A stretch of 64,000 nucleotides of DNA from Ostrea edulis. Taxonomy: Eukaryota. The DNA lies in the NCBI RefSeq assembly GCF_947568905.1, contig NC_079165.1, positions 4,030,001-4,094,000 on the forward strand. The letters are read 5' to 3'. Position 1 is the first letter of the stretch; each line of letters begins with the position of its first letter. Positions 1 through 12,800 of this stretch are shown here, piece by piece. The notes under the pieces are model-generated. The model did no database searches. It was given only the letters and a program-made list of their open reading frames with translations, and had not been told where the DNA came from. A program made the translations under genes and the position numbers.

Positions 1-23
1 TTAAGTTCCTGAATACTAAGGTA

Positions 24-219
24 CTGTAAACCAACTATCATTCGCGTGTAAGACATTTTGCGAGAACCTCACGGTCGCAAACACTCTCGTTGCAAACCAG
101 TCATTTGATGTCTTTCGTTTTGTAAAATTATATCGATTGCAAAATTTAGTCACAGTAAATCAGATTGTCATTGGTAAGTCGCGAAATAAAATCATTGCAA
201 AATAAAAGTTGGTTTATAG
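24..219. mobile_element. Small MITE-like element, about 200 bp
   Basis: Terminal inverted repeat CTGTAAACCAACT / AGTTGGTTTATAG with TA on the left; a related copy lies at 1824-2031. Confidence 0.5.
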
Positions 220-278
220 CATCACAACCAAACTGAAAATTATGAATATGTTTGACGGCAATTTCTCACAAATCATAC

Positions 279-2962
279 CCAATGCAGGAACAGAGGTGGA
301 CACTTGAGGTAAATGTCCAATTAACTGCAACAGGCAAACCATGAAGGATAGGAACAGAGACATTCCAAAGGAAATTTTCTCCCCAGCTTCACTAGGAATC
401 ACGTAGGAGATGAGAACTAGGACAGCGAGCATGGTTGTGGGCACCACATATAGAATAATGAGATAGAGAGGCTTCCTTCGAAGGCAGAAAAACACCTCCT
501 GATAACCGTAGGATGTATTTCTCAGTTTGATGTCTACTAAATCCCAGGTAGGGTTACCTTCCTGTTCTTTGTCTATTTTTACGGAGGTGATTTCTATGAA
601 GACATCTAAGTTGGAGTACATCTGGGAACCCACTTTGAAGGCACAAAGTTGATAATCAAACGGGAAGTAGGCGGGATTTGTGCTACAGTGGGTGGTCAAC
701 AGACCTAAAAACAACGTACTGACCGATCCATTGGACTGAACTTGGACACGACTAAAATCAACTCCTTGATTAGCCTCCATTCTGAAATATAAAGGAGGAA
801 GCCATTGTCAATATTGTTAACAGATACTATAACAGATCTGAGATCAGAATGCCTTGCGTCTCCTACATGTAGATCTGCCAGGACTGTATATACAGGTGTG
901 ATATGTTCACGTTTTGTAAGATTAAACACATCTCCTACATCTGCCAAGACTTTTCAAACAGGTGTGAGGTTAAAAGACCATTGAGCTCTAAAGTTTTTAC
1001 CTACATGATGCTTTGGAAAAAGAAAAACAAGCTGCATGCTTATATCAGTTACATAAAATGAGATTCTTTCGATTAACCGATGTACAGGTCCATTGCACAA
1101 ACTCAAAAGCTACATTTTGGACATTACGTATTGGTATTTAAGATTACAAATTTTGAATAAATCAATGAAGAAATGATAAGATTTCAAACAAATTACGAAT
1201 CGTTTGGAGGAGAATCTTAGATTACTTGTCCCAATTAATTATACTAATAGGAAAATCCACTGACGCAAAGAAATGTACCTCTACTTTAGGATATCTTGTG
1301 AGTTTGTTTGTTAAACACCATACGATAAGTTGTCACTCATAAAGAAACATGATCCTATGGAATTACTTAATTAGATCATTACAATGTCATTCAGTGAAAA
1401 TTCCTCCAAGCATTTTATTTGGATTAATTGACCATAACTTGAAAAAATTCAACCCCCATTCTGCACAAATTGATGTTAAGTTTCCTGAGAAGCAAATCAA
1501 TTAGTACTACATTTACGAAATAGATATGATGATAATGAATATTAAAAAAATCTCTGCGATTTTTTCTCAATTAAATTGAATACCTCCCAAAAATTGTGAC
1601 ATCAGGGGTCCAAAGAAATGATGGGTCGATAACAAAACTGTCTATGCCCTCATAATGACTAGCATTCCACGTCAAAAATTCGTCATTCCAGTTCTGAAAA
1701 GGATATTCAACTCTCTGTTACAAAGTGTTAATAATGAATCTAATCATCGTCCTGATTCCTATTTAATCAAGAAGTGTGATATAATCAGAAATATTTTCGT
1801 CTAATTTACATGAGTTGTTTACACTGTAAACCAACTTTTAGTCGCGAAGACTTTATTTCGCGATTTACCAGTGATAATCTGATTCGCTGCGACTAATTTT
1901 CGCGACTGAAATAATCTTAAACAAATACAGGAGATATTAAAGGACTGGTTCGCGGCAAAAAATGTTTGTGCCTATGAGGTTCTCGCTAACCTCACAAAAA
2001 AATTCACACTTGAATGAAAGTTAGTACACTGTATACTTACCAAATGGAGGTAACACGCTTGAGAAAAGGAACTTTCTCTTTCTTTCTGAAAAAGAAAAAC
2101 AGAGGGAACTATAGTTTAATTCATAGTTAAAATTGTGATACGGGAGATATCTTCTAAATAATAAATCCCTTAGTATATTTGTACAATAACAGATGTTCAT
2201 ATCAACTATATTATCTTTTTTATTACTTAAATGGAATGGATATCAGAGTCAAGAAGACCAAGCTGAAGTCAATAACAGGTTATTGCCCATCTAGATCTGC
2301 TGTTCAAAATTTTAAAAAAGATATGCACCTCATTCGAATGTAAAAGATTTTAGATGATAAAAAGAATTCTCTGAAGAAAAAAATCTACCTTGGTCTCGGG
2401 GTTAATGTTCCTGTAGTCCAAACAATGATGTATTCATAACATTCATTTACATTAATATTGTATTTTTATGCACATGATCCTATTAAAACTTAATTGATGA
2501 CTGCTTCTTAACATTAGTAGAAAACTCAAGTGCAAGAATAATACATCAACCCTAATCCCTGTGTCTCTCTTATGAGATACATCTTAAATGCATAATTATA
2601 TCGTTTTTTGATATGTGAAATGGAATAGCAAAAACAGATATCTTTTTGAAATGTACAAAAAATACGTACTAAACTGATGACGTACACGCTGGTCAGTTTA
2701 ATCCGCACGTTCACGATGTGGGAGGCATTGATTCGTGGCCGAACAAACTTATCATACACAGCAGGGTCCAACAGACTCCGCCTCAGATCGACTTCATTCA
2801 GAGACAGAATGGAAGGAATGCCTTCAAACGAAGACAATGTTTTCAAAATTTACAGAAATATCTTTTTCAATATTTACCGTGAAGATTTAATTGCTCCTTT
2901 TAAAGTTACAGCATACGTAAATACTACTCACCCAAAGAAATCATCAGGAGGTTAAAATTCAT
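279..2962 (-). CDS. Divergent nAChR-like Cys-loop ligand-gated ion channel subunit, copy A (3'-partial)
   Basis: Exons read by hand with GT-AG and consistent phases: 2962-2932 (MNFNLLMISLG), 2821-2670, 2085-2041 (45 nt, KERESSFSQACYLHL), 1693-1584 (110 nt, NWNDEFLTW..WTPDV), 781-279. Cys-loop CSTNPAYFPFDYQLC, M1, PSEAGEK, M2. The M3-M4 exon lies beyond the window start. Confidence 0.92.
1824..2031. mobile_element. Second copy of the CTGTAAACCAACT MITE, in an intron of copy A
   Basis: Same terminal motif as 24-219; degenerate right end. Confidence 0.4.
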
Positions 2963-3514
2963 TCTCAGAATATTTGATTCTTGTCACGTCCTGGAATCAC
3001 TTATAAATGATCAATTTGAACTATAGCATGAAACGTAGTAGGCATCCGTGCAAATAACATATTATCATCATTCTAATGATCGAGAAACTACGAAAGCCGA
3101 TTCGTATCAAAGGAAATAATTTACATTACTTGAACTAAAACTTGATTATTACATCAAAATTATCTCATTTCGAGTTCATTACTTCGTTATTACGTATGCA
3201 TAAAATATCTCGTAATTGAGAGCCGATATTCTCATTATCACAGTAAAAGATCTCGTTTAGATATTATTGATATAAAGAAAGAACATTTGTATTCAATTGC
3301 ATGCAATTTTGTCTTTCTCAAACATTTAAAAGAAATCACACAGCCCTTGTATATTTCATCACGCATTCTCTCATATCTAAGTATGCAATGAACATATATC
3401 CTATAAAAGAAAGGTTTCTATCTTTTATATCACATGACATAGTTATTCATCGGATGAGTATTTAATTCGTTTGCTTGTTATAAAAACAACAATCATGACA
3501 GCATGGTGTCCAGC

Positions 3515-3685
3515 ATCAGCTCTCAACGGGTGTGACCAGTGAACAGGGGATTCTTACTCATTCACTCCTCTTAGACACCTGATCCCACCTCAGGTATATC
3601 CAGGGATCCGTATTTGCCCAACTCTTAATTTTTATAACATGGGAATTAAATGGTTGATCACTCTTCGTTATCTTCACCTTTTCAT
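3515..3685 (+). mobile_element. Penelope-like element 3' fragment
   Basis: Matches the 3' end of the RT-bearing copy at 27535-29380 (GGTGTGACC..GGCACCTGATCCCACC..TTATCTTCACCTTT). Confidence 0.75.
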
Positions 3686-4256
3686 CCTTGATATTTCAAC
3701 CTTTTAAAGTAGATGACTTCATAGAGGCTAATGAAAATAAGAACACATTGTTAAAAGCATCCACTCATCTTAAATTACTGATAGAATTTCTTCTAAATAA
3801 GAAAATCGTGTGATTCATTCAATACCTCCACCCCATGAACTTGCCACTTATTTATCTGCACATTTAATATCGGTATCAACGCTCCTTTGAAAAGAAATTT
3901 GCGGTTTTGATTAGGCCAAATTGGGACTAATATAGAAAATCAAATGACTTCGGACGGCATCCCCTAAAGTAGGTCAAATGACATCACTAGCCATCCCTAT
4001 ATTGATTGAGTCGCATTTTTGATACATGTCATTCTTCTATATTATAGTCTAAGCTATTTATATTAACGCTTGTGCCTAAATGTTTAAATATATATAACAA
4101 ATTTAGAAGTATCATTGTTTTGTGGCGGGTGTAAATATGGGTTTCTTAATTTTTTTTTCAAAGAGGAATAATTCTTTTATTATTCACTTTAGCACTACTC
4201 AGATGAATTAACTGCTAACAACGAAGTTGCCAAAATTAATGTCATAGAATTCGTGT

Positions 4257-4625
4257 CTGTGAAGATAATCGATCACATAACTCTTATAAGGAATACCAAA
4301 AGGAGAGTTAGGCAAACACGGACCCCTGGGTATATCAGAGATGGGATCAGGTGCCTAGGAGGAGTAAGCAACCCAATTTGACCGGTCACACCCGCCGTGA
4401 ACACTATCTTGATCAGGTAAACAGAGTTATCCGTAGTCAAAATCAGTGTGTCAAGAACGGTCTAACAATCGGTATGAAACACATCAACCAGCATTTGACC
4501 CAATGATAGCATGTATTGGCAAACTAGATCATTATAACGACCATTGAATTTGCGAATTGCTGACTTGAAACGAGACTGTTGAAACCCCTGTAACATCAAC
4601 TTGTCTGTCAGTAGCCTTGGTGTAA
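4257..4625 (-). mobile_element. Penelope-like element 3' fragment
   Basis: Reverse complement of the same family tail plus the RT C-terminal coding region. Confidence 0.8.
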
Positions 4626-5717
4626 ATAATCAGCGGGAAGAAGCACAATTGATTCAGCATGCACTTTTCTGTAATCGTTCATCAATGGATACGTGTGAAG
4701 AAAATTGCAGCACTAGTTTTTTTTTCAAGTTGTATATAACAACTTTCAAAAGAACTTTTACTTTCGGTCAATATGCATGCATCACGCGCGAATTGCTGCA
4801 TGGGAAAATTAACACAACGTACTATTACTTTTATAATATATATATAGATCCTGGTCATATCTGATGGAGTCTCTTTAAGTAACATACGATTTATATATAA
4901 GATATTCGGATTATCAGAATCAGCCAATACTTCAATACGAATATTTTTTTTTTTATCGAAACAAGATAAAACTAATAGGTAGACTCGATATGTTTTCATC
5001 GTAAGCACACAATTTTTTTCTTCTAATAGGTCTTCTCTCGTGATTAAGATTGTGTTTTTATTCGTATATTGCGACATCTTTTCTAATTTTCGTAATGACG
5101 AGATAGGAATCCCGTTATTACGCGGTCTCTTCCGATAAATACGAACACAATTTTCTTCCTCGAGGCGAATCGGCTTTCATACGTAACATATACAACGTTT
5201 GTTTGAATCAAAGATAGGGTCCATTTCTAATAAGCCTTCAATCGTCTACAAATCAATGTTTCACAAAGTACTGTATTTACATATACCCCGAGAACAAATA
5301 ACGAACTATGCTGTAGTAATTAGGAAATGAAGGCAAACTCCATATCAAAAATGGAAAATAATTATGATGTTTGACTTCACAAAGGAACATGAATTATGGG
5401 GTAAGTGCATGACTGAGTGTTACTATTGGTTTTGAATGCCAGAAAAGACAGCTAGCAAGTTAACTAAAAGTTAAAGAGTAATGCTGCAAAATTGTATTTC
5501 TAATAAAAGTTAAAGATAACGAACAGCGACTAATCTCATAACTCCTATAAGAAAGAATTATCAAAGCACGTCCAGAATAAATATTTGCAAAAATCAATAT
5601 TTGAGGTGAAAACAGTTATTGATTGATAGGGAAAGAGTGGATTAAATATAAGATGAAACATTGCACCATTTTCAAGAGTTGAAAAATTCAAGACATCAAA
5701 CATGAATGAATATTATA

Positions 5718-6270
5718 GCGAAGATAACGAACAGTGATCAATCTCATAAATCCTTTAAAGAATACAAAATTTAGGAAAGGGGCAATCACGGAACCCTGGC
5801 CATACTAGAGGTGGTTCCAGCCCCCCCCCCCCTCCCCCCGAGGAGTAAGCTGATTCGATACGCAAGAGCTCGTTATGTTTTTAAATCGAGGCAAGCTACT
5901 GACAAACAAGTTGATGGTACAAGGGTTTCAACAGTCTCGATTAAAGTCAGCATTTCGCAAATTCTATGGTCGTTATAACGATCTAATTTGCCAATGCAAC
6001 CTATCATTTGATCAAATGCTGTCTGACGTGTTTCATACCGATTGTTAGACCGTTCACGGCACACTGATTTTGACTACGGATAACTCCGTTTACCTGATCA
6101 GGATATAGGGCTCACGGCGGGTGTGACCGGTCAACAGGGGATGCTTACTCCTCCTTGGCACCTGATCCCACTTCTGGTATATCCAGGGGTCCGTGTTTGC
6201 CCAACTATCTATTTTGTATTGCTTACAGGAATTATGGGATTGATCACTTTTCGTTATCTTCACTTTTCAT
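5718..6270 (+). mobile_element. Penelope-like element 3' fragment with inverted 5' piece
   Basis: 5718-5850 is the family tail in reverse orientation, joined to a sense copy encoding the RT C-terminus ([21 protein letters not shown]) and tail. Confidence 0.8.
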
Positions 6271-6275
6271 GCTTC

Positions 6276-6399
6276 CTTTGTTGTTTCATCGGGTGATGAA
6301 GGTAGCTAGCATTGCAGAAAAAATCGTAACCGGAGTAAGCGGTTATGTAAACTTTTTCTGCAATGATGGCTACCTTCATCATCCGATGAAACAACAAAG
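6276..6399. mobile_element. Short fold-back (hairpin) MITE-like element
   Basis: Arms of about 47 bp: CTTTGTTGTTTCATCGGGTGATGAAGGTAGC.. and its near-perfect inverse. Confidence 0.65.
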
Positions 6400-7234
6400 A
6401 AAGATATTTTATTGTTTATATTTATATTTTATGTATTGTTTTAAAATTTAAAAAATCGCTAAAATGCATCAAAGATGCGTATGGCTGAGTTGCAGTTTGG
6501 AAAATTATGCACGCTTGCATTCACGAAGTAAAAACATTCACGTATTTAATATAGTTTATACGTATGAAGCTTTGGATGACCGCAATAGATATTTAGTGTG
6601 ATAATGACCTTAACCTTTGGATTTCAAAAACAATATGAATCTTGAATGTCATCAGGATTTGAAGTCTGATAAACATGCACCAGCAAGTACATGTATTAAA
6701 GTTAGAGGCAAGCTCAAATCTACAGTATATAGTGAAAAAGAGACCTTGACCTTTGACTTTTTGACCTCAAAATAAATAGGAACCTTCCTCTTTTGGATGT
6801 GATCATGTTATGTAAGTCTCACAAAGATGCACTTAAAAGTATGAAAGTTAGAGACCGGACAAGATAATTGTGAACGCACCCCCCCCCCGTGCCCGACTGG
6901 ACGTCCATCCTTCGCCAATTTAAAAGCCGATATTTGCTACGCAACTCTGCTAACTAAATTCACGAGCACTAAAATATCATATGGTTGACCCATTCTTTAC
7001 GTTAAACGGAACAGGCAATGCAGCCTTTGACTTTGATGACGCTCCATATTTGGTAATGATTACAAAAACTTGTGGTACCAAAAAATCGGATCGGACTAGT
7101 TTGCAACAAACATGCATTTATTGTCGCAGATGAAAGCAATTTCAATTTCAATAGAAATATGAGAGAAAAGATTCATTGAATGTAAATATACTAAATTGAA
7201 GTTTCCAGAGCTTTCCATTTTACGACGCAGATAA

Positions 7235-7325
7235 ACATCATCTTTATATCGAACTCTGACAGACATGGTTGTAAATATAGAACATCTAGAATCGTGTCTA
7301 TGTTACAAGTGTCAGTCAAGTACAA
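7235..7325 (-). promoter_or_regulatory. Conserved non-coding block upstream of channel copy A
   Basis: The reverse complement aligns by eye with 35055-35135 upstream of copy B (TGTACTTG..GACACYTGTRACMTAGA..TTCTAGA.GTTC..TTTAC..AAAGATGAYGT). Confidence 0.5.
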
Positions 7326-7732
7326 ACGAATTCCACAGCACTCCCCCTCCCCTTACAAAGTTTGATTGACATTAAAATTCTTTAAAATATTTAACTCTTT
7401 GATATGTGTACCAAAATCAAAGCAATAAGTCTGAAACGGAAATACAGTATATCCATGGTGCTTTTGACAGGGTATCTGCAATATCATTGTTTTTTTGCCT
7501 TTGATATGTTTAATATCAATACCAACAATAACTTCATCCTGCTAGTCTTAGATTCTTATTTGCCATTGTATGTAACATGTGAGGAGTAATGATCCGTAAA
7601 AACAAGTATGGGATGTAGAGTAACATTCAAATAAACATCAAAATATTGTAAAGCTAACAACAAAGCAGAATACAAGGTCAAGGCCGCGATATTCAAAGTT
7701 AATGAGTGAGTGCCTGAAGTGTACAGAAAAAA

Positions 7733-8040
7733 ATCCATCAGATAGTGTAAAAAACAAAAACCATCAGAAAGTGTAAAAAAAAAAATAAAAAAAAATTAAA
7801 ACATCAGATAGTGTAAAAACAACCATCAGATAGTGTAAAAAAAATCAGATAATGTAAAATTAAAAAAACCAAAAAAAAAAAAAAAATAAAAAAAAACAAA
7901 CCCCATCAGTTATTGTAAAAAAAAAAAAACCCCCACCATCAGATAGTGTAAAAAACATCAGATAGTGTTAAAAAAAACCCATCAAATAGTGTAAAAAAAA
8001 CAAACCAAAAACAACAACATCATATAGTGTAAAAAAAACA
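7733..8040 (+). repeat. Irregular tandem array of CCATCAGATAGTGT followed by variable A-tracts
   Basis: About ten copies of the core, separated by A-rich linkers of variable length. Confidence 0.85.
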
Positions 8041-8369
8041 ACCCTGATGATCAAAGACGTTGAATTTGCAAAACGAAGAAAAAAATATTTTATTTCATTA
8101 ATATTTGAGATCTAAAAAGGTCCGTGTTTGCTCAACTATCTATTTTGAATTGCTTATAGGAGTTATGAGATTGATCAATGTTCGTTATCTTCACCTTTTA
8201 TCTAATAAAGTTTATGCAAATTTCAAAAACCTTCGTTAAATCATCCTAGTAGAAGAATATATTTATCAATAATTAATAACACATTTCTTCATTTTTAAAC
8301 CGAGACAGGTAACTGACAAACAAGTTGATGTTATAGACTCTAAGATTTCAGCAGTTTCGTTTAAGGTAG

Positions 8370-8880
8370 TTCCATCCTCATGTGACTTATCAATATTAAT
8401 GGTTAAATGTGGAAAAACTTTATTAATTTCCACTCAATATAGTTTAATTTAATTAATAACCAAAGAAAATGTATATGTTACCACCTTTTTAAAGATGTCA
8501 GGCATACAAAAACAGAAGTATACATCAACATCAGAAAATCACACATTTTCGTTAAACAGAATAATAAAAATAGATAAAAACTTGTTGAAATGACAAAACT
8601 TAGATATCAACAGTTTTAAAAAACTGCTAATTCATAAATATGTATAGATTAATAGTGCATATTAGGGAAACCAATGTATAACAGACATCCAGTAGAGGAA
8701 ATTCAAGCATAGGAGTTATTGCCCTTGACAACATTTTTAAAATCATAAATAATTGATTATCTATGGAAAATATAAACTTTTTCAGTATTATTAGTTTACC
8801 AGATATTTTATTATATTCAGTGAATAACATTCCTCAGAAAGATATATTTCTATCATGTGCAAAGTTTAATTTATTAAGAT
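8370..8880 (+). repeat. Dispersed repeat of about 500 bp (second copy at 17320-17810)
   Basis: Collinear similarity (AAGATGTCAG..CAACATCAGAAAA..TTGCCCTTGACAA..GCAAAGTTTAATT). The left end TTAAGGTAGTTCC suggests a degraded TTAA-targeting element. Confidence 0.55.
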
Positions 8881-8919
8881 TTTTGCAAAAACCTATGACA
8901 TCACATGAGGATCGATCGA

Positions 8920-9127
8920 CCTTAAAGTCAGCATTTCACAAATTCTGTGATCGTTACAACGGTCTTGTATGTCAATACAACATGTCATTCGGACAAATGC
9001 TGTCTGACGTGTTTTATACCATATATTAGGCCATGTTTTACACACAGATTTTGACTACGGATTACTCCGTTTGTCTGATGAAGATATTGGGCTCACTGCG
9101 AGTGTTTGCTCCTTCTAGGCACCTGAT
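8920..9127 (+). mobile_element. Penelope-like element 3' fragment
   Basis: Encodes LKSAFHKFCDRYNGLVCQYNMSFGQMLSDVF, the RT C-terminus of the family. Confidence 0.75.
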
Positions 9128-9704
9128 ATTCAAATGAGCCTTCTTGGCTTTCGCAGATATGTAATAATTCATATCTTCATCCATATGATTTGCCTAATCA
9201 TTTCTACCTTCAAACTCAATAAACACATGTATCGATATCGATCATATGTTTTCTCGCAATCGTATGATGATTAATGGTTCTAAAGGCAATAGTCATTTCC
9301 TTTCTCTGGCTCCTGCCTGAAATCTCGGTTCCCCCCCCCCCCCCAAATTTGTCAAAAAGATTTGGTGCAATAATTGCTGTGGATTTGAAATGCAATGTAT
9401 GAGATTCGGCTCAACTGGAAATTTGGACTGATGCCTTCACTGAAGGGACAGTCCCTCTTAATTGACATTGCCATTGCCATTTGTGTTAGATAAGTGATTT
9501 GACTGTTAAACTAACTATCTATCACTATTTGAATGCTGCATTACTTACCCTCTAGGTGTGTAAACCCCAAAATATTGATTGTATATTGTTTAAAGGGACT
9601 GATTCACGATTTCCCCACAGATTTTGTTTTTCATTTCAAATGATCAAAATCTACAGTCTAATATGTTAGAAAAGGTTTCCCAAAAAATTAAGGTTAAATA
9701 TCAA

Positions 9705-9882
9705 TGTAATAGTGTGCGCAGGGCTCATGCCATGAGCCTTATGGAGGAACAAAAACAACGTGCTCCTAACTGTAATTTTTATTAATGACCAACATGTGTG
9801 GGTCCACACGGGGTCCCGGATATATACAAAACATGTAAGAGCGATAACTCTAAGTATGTACAATCACAAGTCAAATGTTACA
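9705..9882 (-). repeat. 3' LTR
   Basis: 178 bp, TGTAAT..TTACA, preceded on the minus strand by the polypurine tract AAAAAGAGGGAGA (9883-9895). Confidence 0.95.
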
Positions 9883-9899
9883 TCTCCCTCTTTTTGAAA

Positions 9900-12800
9900 T
9901 TACATAGAAACAATTGTCTTTGGTTTGACAGCACGTCCAGAGCGTGTGATGTAGCAACCTTGACTAGAGTCATTTTTTGATTTAAGGGGACTGTTAATGT
10001 CAGACTTTTCAACCTCTAAATTTTCATGATCGTGATTGTTTGTGACCATGGGACTAGAATTTTGATTGTCCAAAACATTGGGAAAGGACTCAAACATAGA
10101 TACCTGGCTCAAGTCTGGTTCATTTGTCTTAAGCAAATGACGACGATTTCTCGTGTATTGCGCGCCATCAGCAGTGCGGACAGTGTATGACCTAGTGTTG
10201 TGTTTGTCAACAACAACTGCTGGTTTCCAAGATTTATTCTCGCCTTGGATTCTCACCGTTTCATTAAGAACCAGTGGTTTCAAAGGTTTTGCTTTTACAT
10301 CATAGTGATTTTTCTGTTCTAGACGAGATGACCTCATTAGACTCTTGATCTTTGGCAAATTTGGGGTTTCTGGGACCAGTTGAACAGGTAAACAAGGAAT
10401 AACAGATCTGAGTTTTTTACTCATTAAGACTTGGGAAGGGGAACAACCAGTATCTGACAACGGGGTTGTGCGATATTCTAAAACTGCTAATAGAGGGTCG
10501 GTACCACTCTTTCGCGTTTTCTTAAGGAGTCGCTTGACCGTTTGCACAGTTCGCTCGGCGAGACCGTTAGACTGTGGGTACCTAGGACTTGATGTTATGT
10601 GATCAAAGTTCCACTTCTTACTGAAGTCTTCAAATTCGTACGATGAGTATTGAGGACCATTGTCCGATACGACCTTTTCCGGGATACCGAATCGTGCAAA
10701 TATGGATTTTAGCTCATTGATAATCATGCTGCTGCTCGTGCTTCGAAGTTTCGTGTACTCAAAATATCTACTCAAATAATCAACTACCACGAGGTAGTCC
10801 TGACCTTCAAACGCGAACAAATCGGTTGCCACTATTTGCCAGGGATAATCAGGTATTTCATGACTGATTAAAGGTTCTTTTTGGTTTGACCTTCGAGACT
10901 CTAAGCATATCTTGCAGCTAGAAACAAGGTTCTGTATGTCACTTGACATTTTCGGCCAGAACATAATATCCCTTGCGCGGCTTAGACATTTATCGATGCC
11001 CATGTGGCCTGCATGGATTTTTTCGAGCATTTCAGTTCTGAGTGATTTCGGCATAACGATTTTGTTCCCTTTCAGAATCAATCCCGAAACGAACGACAAC
11101 TCGTCGCGATGGTTCCAATACTCGACAACACAAGGAGAACATTCCTTTCGCGATTCAGGCCAACCATTCAGAATTATCTCAGCTAATGTAGAAAGTTGCT
11201 CGTCACGACATGTAGCGGATCTTATCGCCTCTAATTTTCGTTCACTAATCGGTAGTGAAGATAAGACTGAATGTACCTGAAGGTCTAATCCTTCCGAAAT
11301 ATGTGGATAAGTATCCGGAAGAAACTTACGGGACAAAGTGTCAGCCACGGGTATGCTCTTTCCGGGCAAATGGTACAAGTCTATATCATATCTTTGAAGT
11401 TGCAATAGCATGCGCTGAAGCCTAGGAGGAGCCGCGCTGATCGGCTTCTTTACTATGCTTACAAGTGGTTTGTGATCGGTTTCGACTCGTACGGAGTGTC
11501 CGTAAACGTATTGGTGAAAATGTTTACAACCAAATAAGATGGCCAACATTTCCTTCTCAATTTGAGCGTAGTTCACTTCTGTGGAAGTGAGTGACTTCGA
11601 CGCGAATGCTATCGGTCTCTTATCTTGCATTAATGTAGCCCCTAAACCAAATTTAGAAGCGTCAACTTGCAAAGTGACTTCCTTGCCAGGGTCATAGTAT
11701 GCGAGTACTCGTCCTGGGCATTGAGTGATGACCTTTTTGACCTCATTGAATGCTCTTTCCTGGGGGTGGTCCCAAGAGAACTGCACATCTTTGTTCAACA
11801 GTTTTCGCATCGGACTGGTGATTTCCGAGAGGTTCGGCGCAAACTTTGCGAGATAATTGACCATCCCGAGTATTGTTTCAAGTTCAGCCTTGTTTTGCGG
11901 GGGTTTCATGTTACTGACGGCATTGACCTTTAACGGATCAGGCTTAAGACCTTGCGACGATATGACGTGTCCAAAATAGGACAGTTCTGTGACCCCGACC
12001 TCTAGTTTATCCTCGTTAAATCGGATGCCCTTGTCGCGTGCTCTTGCGAGAACGGATCTAAGGTTCTGATCGTGTTCTGCCCTAGAACTACCAAATACCA
12101 AGATGTCATCGACTATGGCTACGACACCGCTCAGACCTTCAAAGCACTCATCGATTTTCCTTTGGAACTCATCTTGCGATGATTTAAGTCCAAATGGGAG
12201 ACGGTGAAACCGGTAACGACCGAAAGGGGTGTTGAACGTTGTGAGGAAGGATGACTCCTCGTCCAACTTGAGAGCCCAGTAGCCAGACCGTGCATCTAGC
12301 TTAGTGAAAAATTTGGCTCCAGAGAGCTGCGGCAGGATATCGTCTAGGGTATGCATTGGGTAATGTGGACGCAAAATAGCCTTGTTCAAGTCTTGCGGAT
12401 CAAGACAGATGCGTAACTTACCGGAGCGCTTCTCGACTACCACAAGTGAGTTTACCCATTTCGTTGGTTCGGTGACCTTTGCAATTATAGATGCCTGCTC
12501 CATGCGTTCGAGCTCGGATTTCAATTTGTCGCGGATCGCGAATGGTACACGTCGTGGGGGGTGGACTACCGGTACGGCGTTCTGATCAATGTAGATCTTG
12601 ATTTCCCCTGGAAACAGTCCAATTCCTGAAAAAACATCTGAGTAACGTTTCAAAATTACTTCATTGTCTAATGAGCTAAATTGAGAGTGACCATCAGGTT
12701 CATGTTTGTGAACGCTTTTATCTGGACAGTGGACCTTGACATCACTGTCTGGGACTACTGTTTCAACAGAGTAGACTAATTTGATCAATTCAAAACTAAG

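Noticed and set aside
2389-2410. 22-nt AG..GT-bounded micro-exon candidate in intron 2 of copy A
   Set aside because: It contains an in-frame TAA, breaks the phase, and has no counterpart in B or C
5873-6064. Recurrent short ORFs ([14 protein letters not shown].., MLIPPRHLIPPLVCPG..) as a small-protein gene family
   Set aside because: They are antisense or off-frame readings of the Penelope-like 3' end repeated through the window
7556-7738. Hydrophobic ORF as the signal-peptide exon of copy A
   Set aside because: The true 31-nt first coding exon is at 2962-2932 and matches B and C in length and phase
7733-8040. Similarity of the repeat core to U2 snRNA
   Set aside because: Only 8 nt (TATCTGAT) match and there is no snRNA structure
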